From contig SCPX01000059.1 of assembly GCA_004298615.1 (NCBI GenBank), positions 1 through 52,638 on the forward strand: a DNA stretch of 52,638 nt. Direction: 5' to 3'. A program made the position numbers and the translations under genes. The stretch is from Patescibacteria group bacterium. GTDB taxonomy: Bacteria > Patescibacteriota > Patescibacteriia > SCPX01. Positions 17,897 to 27,610 of this stretch are shown piece after piece; position 1 is the stretch's first letter; every line of letters begins with the position of its first letter. The notes under the pieces are model-generated. The model made no database searches. It was not told where the DNA came from and was given only the letters and a program-made list of their open reading frames with translations.

Positions 17897-20887
17897 ATGA
17901 AAAAGGAAACAATCCGAATAACCACCGTCGCTTTTATCTCCTTTATTGTGCCATTTTTGGGGTTTATATTCCTGCGCCAATCGGGAATCGGCGATATTTC
18001 TTTCCACAGTCATGGCGTTCATACCGCGGCTCTGTCTCTTATCGCAATACTCGCGTTTTATTCCTGCCTAACCGCGTACCGCGCTTATGAAAAGCGGAAA
18101 GACGCGAGAATTTTTTTCATTACGCTGGCTTTCTACATTTTCGGTTTCACATTTCTTTTGCACGGAATCTCCATACCTGATTTTTATATTTTCAATGAGG
18201 AGATTTTTGATATCACCGAGCATTACGGATTATTTCTCGGATCATTAACGCTTTTTCTTATTATCATTCCTTGGAATGCCTGGAAATTAAAAATATACAA
18301 CCGCCGGATTTTCATTTTCGGCTGTCTGGCGGCTTTTTTGTGGCTGGGATTCGCAGCTCTCATAATATTTCCCCGGTCGGCGGATTTTTTGTACAGCTTA
18401 ACCAGTCTATTCATAATCCTCACCGGCGTTTTAACGCTCATCACTTTGTTTTTTCTTATTATCAAATACCGGGAGCAAAAAAACACCTTACTGGCGTATT
18501 TGATCATCGCTTTTTCAATTTTTTTAAACTCAGGAATAATCCCCATCTTCTATGAGGAATGGAATATTGTTTGGTGGTATTTTCACGCTATATTTTCCGC
18601 TTCATTCATCGTCATACTCATCGGCTTAAAAGCGGTCCGCAAACAAGAAGGTTTGGCGGCCGCTTTTGGCGAATTGCCTCTTTATGTTAAAATAAGCACA
18701 AAATTAATCGCTTTCATGATTCTTCTTTCAGTGATTCCTTTGATTATTACCGGTTTTTTGGTTTTTTACCAATCAAAAAACGCTTTGGAAAGGCAAATTT
18801 TTACTGATTTGCAAGCGTTGGCCGCTTCAAAGCAAGGACAGATTTTTGCTTATTTGGACGCCGTGGAATCGCGCGCCCAAGATTTTTCTTCAGACGGCTT
18901 TATCCGGGACAGCTTGCGGGAAATTATAGTCTCGCGTTCGCCTGATACGGTTAGCGCTTTAAACCGCCACTTGGTTTATAATAAAAAATCGTTGGACGAA
19001 AACATCATCGGGATTTTTGTCATTGATAAGGACGGCACAATCGTTTCCTCAACCGATGATGCGGAAATCGGAGATAATGAAGCGGATGACGAATATTTCA
19101 AACAAGGATTGCGCCGAATGTACATAACCGAAGTCGATCTGGATGGAAAACATTTTAAAACGGCTAATGAAAGACGGATTTTGGCCGCCACCCATTTGAC
19201 TGATAAAACCAGCGGAGAAACTCTGGGTGTTTTGGTTATATTTTTTCGGATGGAAAAACTTCAAAAAATTCTGTCCGGGGATTTTCAAACAGTTGACGCT
19301 TTTGGAGCAGGTACCTCCAATGAAGATGAAAATATTGAAGTTTATGTGGTGGACGGGCAAAAAAGAATTTTCGTCCATCCCTCAATAATCGGATCGGAAA
19401 ATAATCCGTCCGTTTTTGAAAAAATAATCGTGGACACCGCTCCGGTCAATAATTGTTTAGTAAAAAATGAAAAATACGCCGGTATCTACTCCAATTATCA
19501 AAATAAAAGCGTGATCGGCGCTTCAATGTGCGTCAAGGATCGCGGTTGGATTATACTGGTGGAAAAAGATCAAAATAAAGCCCTTCAGCCGATTTTTGAG
19601 CTTGAGCAGAATTTGAGTCTGATCATCCTTTTCGCCATTCTTCTGGTAATCTTTATCGGATTGTATTTTTCCGGCCGGCTAACCAAGCCGATTGAATCGC
19701 TTACGCAAATCGCGCAAAAAATCAGCCAGGGCGATTTAAATAAACGGGCGGCTATAGTTTCAAACGACGAAGTGGGGGTTTTGGCGCGTTCTTTTAATCA
19801 AATGGCGGACAACTTGGTCCGGGAAAAGGAATTTCCGGAAATGATTATTCGCTCTATGGGCGATTGTTTGATCGCCATTGATCCGGCATTTAAGATGATT
19901 AAGGCCAATCAGGCGGCGCTGGATCTTTTGGAATACCGAACGGACGAACTTTTAAACCAATCGGTTGAAAAAATTTTTGAGCCGGAAGTGCGGCCTTTGG
20001 TTGAAAGCAAAAAATTCTCGGAATTGTTCAAATTCGGATTTTCCAAGGATGTGGAAATAAATTTCATTTCCAAAACGGGAAGAAAAATTCCAGTCTCCAT
20101 TTCCGCCGCGGCCATGCAGAATAAGAAAGGTAAAATAATGGGCATAGTGTTCGTGGCAAAAGATATGCGGATCTACAAAGAGGTGGATCGCGCTAAATCG
20201 GAATTCATCGCCATTGCCGCGCACCAGCTTCGCACCCCCCTGTCAATAGTCAAATGGACTTTCCGCATGCTTTTGGACCGCGATTTCGGGACGCTTAATC
20301 AAGATCAGAATAAAGTGCTGGGCGACGGGAGCAGCGTGGTGGAAAATATGATCAAACTCGTTTCGGATCTGCTGGATGTGGCTAGAATTGAAGAAGGCCG
20401 TTTCAGCCTGAAAATAATACCTGTAAAAATTGATAAAATACTGCAAGAAATAGCTGATGCGTATAAGCCGAAATTGGGCGAAAAAAAGATGGAGCTGAAA
20501 ATAATCACGCGCGGCATTTTGCCGGACATTGAACTTGATGCCAATAAAATCCGCTTGGCCTTGGAAAATATCATTGACAATGCCATAAAATATTCTCCGG
20601 CGGAAAGTATAATTGCGGCGGAGATTGAAGCGTCCAATCGGAATATTGAAATAAGAATCAAAGATTCCGGCATCGGCATTCCGGTGGGCGAACAGAATAA
20701 GATTTTCAGCAAATTTTTCAGAAGCAAGAATGCGGTGCGCAAAGAAACAATGGGATCGGGGCTCGGTCTTTACATCGTAAAAAACATTGTGGAAATGCAC
20801 GGAGGCACCGTAAGATTTTTTTCCGAAGAAGACAAAGGCACGGTATTTTACATCAATTTGCCAATTAAACACTCATCATTAATTTAA
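17897..20887 (+). CDS. Multi-sensor histidine kinase (multi-TM N-terminus, Cache-like extracellular domain, HAMP, PAS, HisKA, HATPase)
   Basis: AAHQLRTPL H-box, NIIDNAIKY, DSGIGIP and GSGLGL motifs. HAMP signature DEVGVLARSFNQM. Confidence 0.92.
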   Translation: MKKETIRITTVAFISFIVPFLGFIFLRQSGIGDISFHSHGVHTAALSLIAILAFYSCLTAYRAYEKRKDARIFFITLAFYIFGFTFLLHGISIPDFYIFNEEIFDITEHYGLFLGSLTLFLIIIPWNAWKLKIYNRRIFIFGCLAAFLWLGFAALIIFPRSADFLYSLTSLFIILTGVLTLITLFFLIIKYREQKNTLLAYLIIAFSIFLNSGIIPIFYEEWNIVWWYFHAIFSASFIVILIGLKAVRKQEGLAAAFGELPLYVKISTKLIAFMILLSVIPLIITGFLVFYQSKNALERQIFTDLQALAASKQGQIFAYLDAVESRAQDFSSDGFIRDSLREIIVSRSPDTVSALNRHLVYNKKSLDENIIGIFVIDKDGTIVSSTDDAEIGDNEADDEYFKQGLRRMYITEVDLDGKHFKTANERRILAATHLTDKTSGETLGVLVIFFRMEKLQKILSGDFQTVDAFGAGTSNEDENIEVYVVDGQKRIFVHPSIIGSENNPSVFEKIIVDTAPVNNCLVKNEKYAGIYSNYQNKSVIGASMCVKDRGWIILVEKDQNKALQPIFELEQNLSLIILFAILLVIFIGLYFSGRLTKPIESLTQIAQKISQGDLNKRAAIVSNDEVGVLARSFNQMADNLVREKEFPEMIIRSMGDCLIAIDPAFKMIKANQAALDLLEYRTDELLNQSVEKIFEPEVRPLVESKKFSELFKFGFSKDVEINFISKTGRKIPVSISAAAMQNKKGKIMGIVFVAKDMRIYKEVDRAKSEFIAIAAHQLRTPLSIVKWTFRMLLDRDFGTLNQDQNKVLGDGSSVVENMIKLVSDLLDVARIEEGRFSLKIIPVKIDKILQEIADAYKPKLGEKKMELKIITRGILPDIELDANKIRLALENIIDNAIKYSPAESIIAAEIEASNRNIEIRIKDSGIGIPVGEQNKIFSKFFRSKNAVRKETMGSGLGLYIVKNIVEMHGGTVRFFSEEDKGTVFYINLPIKHSSLI

Positions 20888-20900
20888 ATATCGCATATAT

Positions 20901-21278
20901 ATGACTGATCAAAAATCCAATTATATATTAGTGGTGGAAGACGATTATTTTCTCCGCAATCTGCTTTTGCACAAAATTGAACAGGAAAAACTCCCCTTTG
21001 ATACGGCCGTCAATGGAAGCGAAGCGCTGGAAAAAATCAAAGCGAAAATTCCCGCTGTCATCATTCTGGATTTGGTATTGCCGGACACGGACGGATTTGA
21101 GGTATTGGAAAAAATAAAAAAACAGCCGGATACCAAACATATTCCGGTGATTGTAGTGAGCAATCTGGGACAAAAGGACGAAATTGAGCGATGCCTGAAA
21201 CTGGGCGCCAACGATTATCTGATAAAAGCCAATTTCACGCCCAAAGAAATAGTGGACAAGATCAGAGAGTATTTATAA
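20901..21278 (+). CDS. Single-domain response regulator (receiver only)
   Basis: VVEDD, LDLVLP, SNL and DYLIK motifs. Directly after the kinase gene. Confidence 0.92.
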   Translation: MTDQKSNYILVVEDDYFLRNLLLHKIEQEKLPFDTAVNGSEALEKIKAKIPAVIILDLVLPDTDGFEVLEKIKKQPDTKHIPVIVVSNLGQKDEIERCLKLGANDYLIKANFTPKEIVDKIREYL

Positions 21279-21281
21279 ACG

Positions 21282-22202
21282 CTATTTAAAAAACATCCGA
21301 TCGCTCAAGCGCAAATCAATGTAAGACAGTTTGTCCAGATCCGTTATTTTTTTCTTAGTTATAGCCTCTTTTAGATTTTTAGCAATCTGATCCCAATCAG
21401 TGTCGCGATTCAAGATAATCCAAAAATTCTTGTCAGTCATGGCGCGGATCTCCTTGGGAGCAAGCGGCGACGGAAAAGAAAAATATTTCACCTCAAACGA
21501 AAATTGTTCTTTGGGAAAACTCTTATTGAATTTTTCAATATCGGACAAGCCGTAATCGGCCAGGACTTGAATTCCGGCCCGGGCTTCTCTGCCTTCCGTA
21601 TCGACAATTAGCGGTAAATTCCGATGTATTTTGTCGGCCAAAAGTTTTGGCTGTTCTAATAGCGGCCAATCGGCCGCTTCCTCTTCTGCTTCTTCAATGA
21701 CCGGCTTTTGCCATTCATGGAGAATTATGCCTCGCTTGTCTATAAAGAAAAGCTTGGACAAATCGGCGATTTGGCCGCTCGCCGCTCTGATTTCTCCCTC
21801 GGATTCCTCAATCGGTTCGTAAGATTGGCCCGAGGTCGCCCAAAAAGCCGCGGGTAATAATTCTCTGACGGTCAGGCGCAAAGTGCCGGGCCAGCGGCGG
21901 TTGAAATCCAATGATTCAATAACAAAACTTTCTTTAACGGCCTCCTCAATCCTTTTTTTCGGCAATATTAAAATATTTGATTTTAATAATCCCTTTGCCG
22001 ATTCTTCCCTGACTATTTCTCTCACAGCTTCCGGATCAATGAATTGGACGCCGATTATTTCAATTGAGTTTATTTTCAATTGAGCGAGTCCATAAACAGC
22101 CGCTCCGAACAATAAAAAGGCGGCAAAAGCGAACGCAATGAAAAAAGGCTTAATGCTTCGCCTTGGCCTCTTATGCGATAAATTGTGCGAATATCGGCGC
22201 AT
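21282..22202 (-). CDS. ftsQ: FtsQ/DivIB-like cell division protein
   Basis: Basic N-tail, one TM, POTRA-like region (I.IIG...R.WPGTL.L.V.E), C-terminal YIDLR. Confidence 0.72.
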   Translation of the reverse strand: MRRYSHNLSHKRPRRSIKPFFIAFAFAAFLLFGAAVYGLAQLKINSIEIIGVQFIDPEAVREIVREESAKGLLKSNILILPKKRIEEAVKESFVIESLDFNRRWPGTLRLTVRELLPAAFWATSGQSYEPIEESEGEIRAASGQIADLSKLFFIDKRGIILHEWQKPVIEEAEEEAADWPLLEQPKLLADKIHRNLPLIVDTEGREARAGIQVLADYGLSDIEKFNKSFPKEQFSFEVKYFSFPSPLAPKEIRAMTDKNFWIILNRDTDWDQIAKNLKEAITKKKITDLDKLSYIDLRLSDRMFFK

Positions 22203-22214
22203 AATACGCTTTAA

Positions 22215-22979
22215 CTATTTGCAAAATTCCTGCTGAATTTTTTTAAGATCAAGCTTGAGCTCCGAAGACAAAGCGAAAGCCGCCGCCGCGATATAGGCGT
22301 GGTGCAGGCCGAATTCTCTTATTTTTACCTGAAAAATTTCGCCGTTTCGAGCGATGTTGAATTCTTGCCCCGAGTCCGTATCCGTAATTTCCGATAATTT
22401 CCAATCGCTTGGCGGATTTTGCCCGTAGCGCGAAACTTTGTCCGGGAAAAATTGCGCCAATTCTTCCAAATGCGGATCATCGGCATTAGTGATCAAAGCC
22501 GTATCTTTCGGCAATCGCCGCAGGAAATACGAAAAAGTCTTATTATATTGTTCGCTTTTGTCAGTATGTGAAAGAATTGACGGCGCGAGATTGGTGAAAA
22601 TGCAAATATCCGGCGTTGCGATACTCAAAGCTTTTTCCGCGTCCATCGGAGCATGCATGCCGAATTCCAACAAAATTATTTTAGGATATGTTTTCAGGCT
22701 GAATACCTGCTGCAAAGCGCGAAGCGCAATGCTTGACCAGCGCTCTATTTTAGAAGCTCCTTCCGGCACTATCCGCAAAATACTCAAAGGAATTCCGATT
22801 TCAGCGTTGAAATTTTTTGGGCTGGCGGCCGCCTCCATTTGCGGCGATAAAACGCGCGCCATCGCCGCCACGGCGGTCGATTTATTGGTTGATCCGCATA
22901 TCGCGATTATCTTCGGCCTGAATTTTTTAAGAATAATTTTGGCCAAAAATTTCAGATAAATTTGAAATATCAGCTTCAT
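22215..22979 (-). CDS. MurF-like Mur ligase central-domain protein, short, with an altered P-loop
   Basis: IAICGSTNKST, NFNAEIGIPL, LEFG and NADD motifs. No C-terminal ligase domain. Confidence 0.7.
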   Translation of the reverse strand: MKLIFQIYLKFLAKIILKKFRPKIIAICGSTNKSTAVAAMARVLSPQMEAAASPKNFNAEIGIPLSILRIVPEGASKIERWSSIALRALQQVFSLKTYPKIILLEFGMHAPMDAEKALSIATPDICIFTNLAPSILSHTDKSEQYNKTFSYFLRRLPKDTALITNADDPHLEELAQFFPDKVSRYGQNPPSDWKLSEITDTDSGQEFNIARNGEIFQVKIREFGLHHAYIAAAAFALSSELKLDLKKIQQEFCK

Positions 22980-24136
22980 AATGAATTGTGAAAATAATTT
23001 TTTAATCTGGTAAACGCTTCATTAAGATCCTCTTCCGATCGGCCGAAGCAAAAGCGCAAATATCCCTCTCCGGCCGGGCCGAAAGCGATCCCCGGGACAA
23101 TATTGACTTTCGCTTTTTCCAAGATTTCAATCGCCGTTTTTTTTGATCCGGAATTTTTAAAAAGAATTTTGGGAAAGAAGAAATATCCGCTGTCCGGCGC
23201 TGTGCATTCAAAATAATCGCCAAGCTTATTAAAATGCGCCAGAGTGATTTTCCGCCTCTTGCGGTATTGAATCATAATATCATTTATCAATTCATCTTGG
23301 TAGCGCAGGGCGGCCATAGCGGCATATTGGGAAATCACCGGCGCGCAAGTGACCAGAGAATCGTGAACTTTTAAAATTTCTCTTGCCAATTCTTTGCAGG
23401 CCAGAATATACCCCACCCGCCAGCCGGTCATTGAAAAGGCTTTGGAAAAACTACGCAGATAAACAGCATTGCCGCGGTATTTAGAGTCTTTGGCCAGATG
23501 AAAAATCGGCTTGGCCGTATAATTAAAATCTTTGTACACTTCGTCGAAAATTAAAAAATAATTATTATTTTTCGCCCACTCGGCCAATTCCCTGATTGTG
23601 CTTTCCGGATAAATATGGCTCGTAGGATTATTGGGCTGGCAGATTATCACGGCTTTGGTTTTGGCGCTTTTCGCTTTTTCCAAAGCATCTATGGAAAGCG
23701 CCCAATTGTCATTTTTATGCAAATCAATAAAGATTGGTACGCCGTGCGCCACGCGCACCGCTTCGGCATATGCGGCATAAGACGGATTGGGAATTATCAC
23801 TTCGTCGCCTTTTTCCAAAATCGCCAGCAGCGTCGCGGCCAGACCTTCAATTGATCCGGCCGTTACAATTATCTCATTATTATGATCATAAGAAATTCCG
23901 TCTTTTCTCAAAACTTCTTCTACCATTTCCCGCAATTCAAGAAGACCGGGACTCAATGAATATTTGCCGATATTGTGGAGCGAGAGAGATTCAATGACCG
24001 CCTTTTTAATATGTTCGTTAGTTTCAAAAGACGGTATGCCTTGGGCCAAAGAAACAACTCCGGGGATTTTTGATCCCCGAAGTTCCATTTCTTTGATTAG
24101 CGAAAGGCCGATGTTTTGCGTGCGCAGCGGCTGCAT
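22976..24136 (-). CDS. Class I/II PLP-dependent aminotransferase
   Basis: PNNPT, DEVY and SFSKAFSMTGWRVGY motifs. Start set at ATG 24136, just after the serS stop. Confidence 0.92.
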   Translation of the reverse strand: MQPLRTQNIGLSLIKEMELRGSKIPGVVSLAQGIPSFETNEHIKKAVIESLSLHNIGKYSLSPGLLELREMVEEVLRKDGISYDHNNEIIVTAGSIEGLAATLLAILEKGDEVIIPNPSYAAYAEAVRVAHGVPIFIDLHKNDNWALSIDALEKAKSAKTKAVIICQPNNPTSHIYPESTIRELAEWAKNNNYFLIFDEVYKDFNYTAKPIFHLAKDSKYRGNAVYLRSFSKAFSMTGWRVGYILACKELAREILKVHDSLVTCAPVISQYAAMAALRYQDELINDIMIQYRKRRKITLAHFNKLGDYFECTAPDSGYFFFPKILFKNSGSKKTAIEILEKAKVNIVPGIAFGPAGEGYLRFCFGRSEEDLNEAFTRLKNYFHNSL

Positions 24137-24138
24137 AA

Positions 24139-25458
24139 CTATCGCTTGATTATTTCTATTCCATGCATCCACGGCTTTAGAGCATCCGGAATATTTACAA
24201 AACCTTCGGCCGTCTGATAATTCTCAATAATCGCGATAATTATCCGGCCGATAGCAAAAACCGTACCATTGAGCATGTGAACAAATTTCAATGATGGCGG
24301 AACAGGAATAAACCCTCCACCAATCAACCCTGGCACCCCAGAATCTTTATATTTTACATTCAATCTCCTGGACTGAAAATCCGTGGTATTGGATGTTGAA
24401 CTTACTTCGCGATAAAGTCCTTTTCCCTCGTTTTGTCCGGGAAGCCACGCTTCTATGTCAATCGTCGTGGCGGACGGACGGCTCAAATCGCCAGTACACA
24501 ATTGCGTGACTCTGTAAGGAATTTTCAGCGCTTGCATTAATTTTTCTTCCATCTTTAAAAACAGGGCGTGTTCATCTCGCGAATCGTCCGGCCGGCAAAA
24601 TGAAAACATTTCCATTTTGTCAAATTGATGCACGCGCAAAATGCCTTTGGTGTCCTTGCCGTAAGATCCGGCCTCGCGGCGAAAACAGGATGAAAATGCG
24701 GCGTAACGGACAGGCAGATCCTTTTCGCTTAAAATTTCTCCCGAATGCATTGGGCCGACGGATTGCTCCGAAGTGCCAACCAGATACAATTTGTCTTTTT
24801 CAAAATAATATCTTTCTTCCTCGTCTTCCGGCGTATCCACATAGCCCATCCCTTGCATCATTTCTTTTTTAATCATCACGGGCGGTACTATCGGCTTGAA
24901 ACCTTGCGGCAATAGTACTGAAAACGCCAATTGCGTTAGAGCGAATTCCATAAGCGCCGCTTCATTTTTCAAATAACCGAATCGGCTGCCGGACACGATT
25001 CCGGCCCGTTCCACATCAATAATATCCAAATTTTGCGCAATGGTTAAGTAGTCTTTTGGAATAAAGCCAAACTTTATTTTTTCGCCGACTTTGCGCAAAA
25101 TTACATTGTCTTTTTCGTTTTTTCCTTCCGGCACATCGTCTTGCGGCAAATTGGGAATGAAGCGCATCAGCTCGCTGATTTCTTCTTGGATGCCGGACAA
25201 ACCATCCTCCATTGCCGATAATTTTTCTTTCAGAGCCGACATTTTTTCAATCTCATCTTTCTTTTCCGCACCGGATAATTTGGCGATTTTTTTAGACGCC
25301 TCATTTTGTTCCGCTTTCAAATGCTCGCTTCTTTGAATCAGCTCCCGCCGTTTTTCATCCAAATCAATCAATTTCCCAATATCAATCTTGCACTTTTTCT
25401 TGCGCAAGCCGTCCATCACTGATTCTTTATTTTCACGGATGAATTTAATATCAAGCAT
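24139..25458 (-). CDS. serS: Serine--tRNA ligase
   Basis: MLDIKFIREN start, coiled-coil arm, GTSE, FRREAG..G...GILRVHQF and LNGT motifs. Confidence 0.97.
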   Translation of the reverse strand: MLDIKFIRENKESVMDGLRKKKCKIDIGKLIDLDEKRRELIQRSEHLKAEQNEASKKIAKLSGAEKKDEIEKMSALKEKLSAMEDGLSGIQEEISELMRFIPNLPQDDVPEGKNEKDNVILRKVGEKIKFGFIPKDYLTIAQNLDIIDVERAGIVSGSRFGYLKNEAALMEFALTQLAFSVLLPQGFKPIVPPVMIKKEMMQGMGYVDTPEDEEERYYFEKDKLYLVGTSEQSVGPMHSGEILSEKDLPVRYAAFSSCFRREAGSYGKDTKGILRVHQFDKMEMFSFCRPDDSRDEHALFLKMEEKLMQALKIPYRVTQLCTGDLSRPSATTIDIEAWLPGQNEGKGLYREVSSTSNTTDFQSRRLNVKYKDSGVPGLIGGGFIPVPPSLKFVHMLNGTVFAIGRIIIAIIENYQTAEGFVNIPDALKPWMHGIEIIKR

Positions 25459-25461
25459 AGT

Positions 25462-26949
25462 CTATTCTTTCGGCCTCATTAATGGAAAAAATATTGTTTC
25501 CCTCATAGGCCGATTCATAATTATTGAAAATAGCCGTTCGGAAAATCCGAAACCTCCGGTCGGCGGCATGCCGTGTTCCAGCGCCCGCACAAAATCTTCG
25601 TCCATTCGCTGGGCTTCCGCGTCTCCAATTTCGCGCAATTTCATTTGCTCTTTAAACCGTCCGCGTTGATCCACCGGATCGTTTAATTCGGAAAATCCCT
25701 TGCCCAGCTCCGTGCCGCAAGCCATCACCTGGAATCGCTCCACGCGATCGGGATCGCCTTCCATTCTTTTTGCCAATGGCTCAATCTCCACCGGCGGATT
25801 GATCAAAAATGCCGGTTGGACAAAATGCGGCCGCACTATTTTTTTGAAAATCAAATCCGTCACTCTTCCCTTTCCCGGATGTTTTTCCGGCTGGAGTCCT
25901 TCTTTTTTCGCCAAAGCGATCAGATCTTTTTCAGAAGCAGTCTTTAAATCCAGTCCGGTCTTTTCTTTGAATATTTCAAAGTATTCAACAATCGGCCAAT
26001 CGCCCGACCAATCAATGATATGATCATTCCAATTGTGTTTTAAATCTCCCAGCGCGTCTTTAATGGCGGTTTGATAAAGCGCTCGCACAAACGGCATTAA
26101 GATTTTATAATCGGCATAAGCCCAATAAAATTCCATTTGCGTGTAGTCTTGCAGGTGTTCGCGGTCAATACCCTCGTTTCTGAAAATCCGCCCGATTTCA
26201 AAAACTTTTTCAAATCCTCCGACAATCAATCTCTTTAAAGGAAGCTCAAGTGAAATGCGCAAGTAAAGATCAATATCCAGCGCATTGTGGTGCGTGGCAA
26301 AAGGCTCGGCATCAGCGCCGCCCGGAATCATTTCCAATACCGGAGTTTCCACTTCCAAAAAACCATTGTCCGAAAGATAGCCGCGCACTGCTTTCCAAAA
26401 CCGCGTTTTTTTGATAAACATCCGCCTCTCTTCCGGATTTGATATAAAATCCAAATAACGATAGCGCAGCCGCTCCTCTATATCTTTCAAGCCATGCCAT
26501 TTCTCCGGCATCGGACGCAATGTCTTGCTCATCAGCCGCCAAGCCGTTGCGTCAATAGATTTTTCGCCCCTTTTGGTGACGAAAAAAGCGCCAACAACTT
26601 CAATGAAATCGCCCGGATCAATAAGTCCGATAAAATCGCCGTATAATTTCTCGCCGATATGATCTTTTTTAAGGACAATTTGGATTAAGCCCGACTCATC
26701 TTCCAGTCCGACAAACGACAAGCCGCCCTGCCCGCGGATGCTTTTGATTCGACCGGCGACCACCACCTCTCTCTGATCTTTCTCCCATGCATCAAAATTT
26801 TCAAGACAATCTTTGATCCTCTGATTTTTTTCGGTTCTGGCCGGATACGGCTCTTTACCATCAGCTAAAATTTGCTCGCGCTTTTTCAGCCGAACTTCAT
26901 ATTCGGTTTGAAAATCCGCCGATTCTATTTTTGACCGATCCTTTGTCAT
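25462..26949 (-). CDS. lysS: Lysine--tRNA ligase (class II)
   Basis: OB-fold, R.RYLD, GGADAEPF, FRNEG, SELNDP and GMPPTGG motifs. Confidence 0.97.
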   Translation of the reverse strand: MTKDRSKIESADFQTEYEVRLKKREQILADGKEPYPARTEKNQRIKDCLENFDAWEKDQREVVVAGRIKSIRGQGGLSFVGLEDESGLIQIVLKKDHIGEKLYGDFIGLIDPGDFIEVVGAFFVTKRGEKSIDATAWRLMSKTLRPMPEKWHGLKDIEERLRYRYLDFISNPEERRMFIKKTRFWKAVRGYLSDNGFLEVETPVLEMIPGGADAEPFATHHNALDIDLYLRISLELPLKRLIVGGFEKVFEIGRIFRNEGIDREHLQDYTQMEFYWAYADYKILMPFVRALYQTAIKDALGDLKHNWNDHIIDWSGDWPIVEYFEIFKEKTGLDLKTASEKDLIALAKKEGLQPEKHPGKGRVTDLIFKKIVRPHFVQPAFLINPPVEIEPLAKRMEGDPDRVERFQVMACGTELGKGFSELNDPVDQRGRFKEQMKLREIGDAEAQRMDEDFVRALEHGMPPTGGFGFSERLFSIIMNRPMRETIFFPLMRPKE

Positions 26950-26955
26950 TTAATA

Positions 26956-27417
26956 TTAGGATATATTTTCAATACTGTAATGGATTTTTCCCTTGGGAGT
27001 CATTACCTCAACCGCGTCTCCCACCCGTTTATTCAAAAATCCCAGCCCCAAAGGAGACTGATTGGAAATTCGTCCTTCGGCCGGATTGGCTTCATTGGAG
27101 CCGACAATCGTGTATGATTTTGTTCCGCCATTACCGGAAACGGTAACGGTTGATCCTACCCGCACCGTATCGGACTTTGTTCCCTCTTTAAAAATCGTAA
27201 CATTTTTCAAAATATTTTCAATTTCCAAAATGCGCCCTTCTATAAATGACTGCTCGTTCTTCGCTTCGCTGTATTCGGCGTTTTCCGATAAATCGCCGAA
27301 TTCTTTGGCTTGCTGGACTCTTTCCGCGATCTCTTTGCGCTTCACCGTGCGCAATTCATCCAATTCTTTTTTTAATTTCTCCAATCCCTCTTTGGTAAGA
27401 AAATTTTGATCTGTCAT
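26956..27417 (-). CDS. greA: Transcription elongation factor GreA
   Basis: LTKEG, GDLSENAEY and ISNQSPLG motifs. Likely start ATG 27417. Confidence 0.96.
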   Translation of the reverse strand: MTDQNFLTKEGLEKLKKELDELRTVKRKEIAERVQQAKEFGDLSENAEYSEAKNEQSFIEGRILEIENILKNVTIFKEGTKSDTVRVGSTVTVSGNGGTKSYTIVGSNEANPAEGRISNQSPLGLGFLNKRVGDAVEVMTPKGKIHYSIENIS

Positions 27418-27610
27418 AAAATTAATGCTAAATAATTTAAAATATCCTTGAAACCAACTTTGGAATTTCAAGGTAAATAATGTTAATTATTGGAAATAAT
27501 TTACCATAACTCGGCCGAAATTGCAAATTACGCACATTGAGCCAATTATAGCACATTTGGAGAAAACCGCTAAATTTGATTTTTTTGCAAAATTTACTAT
27601 ACTTAAGCGG

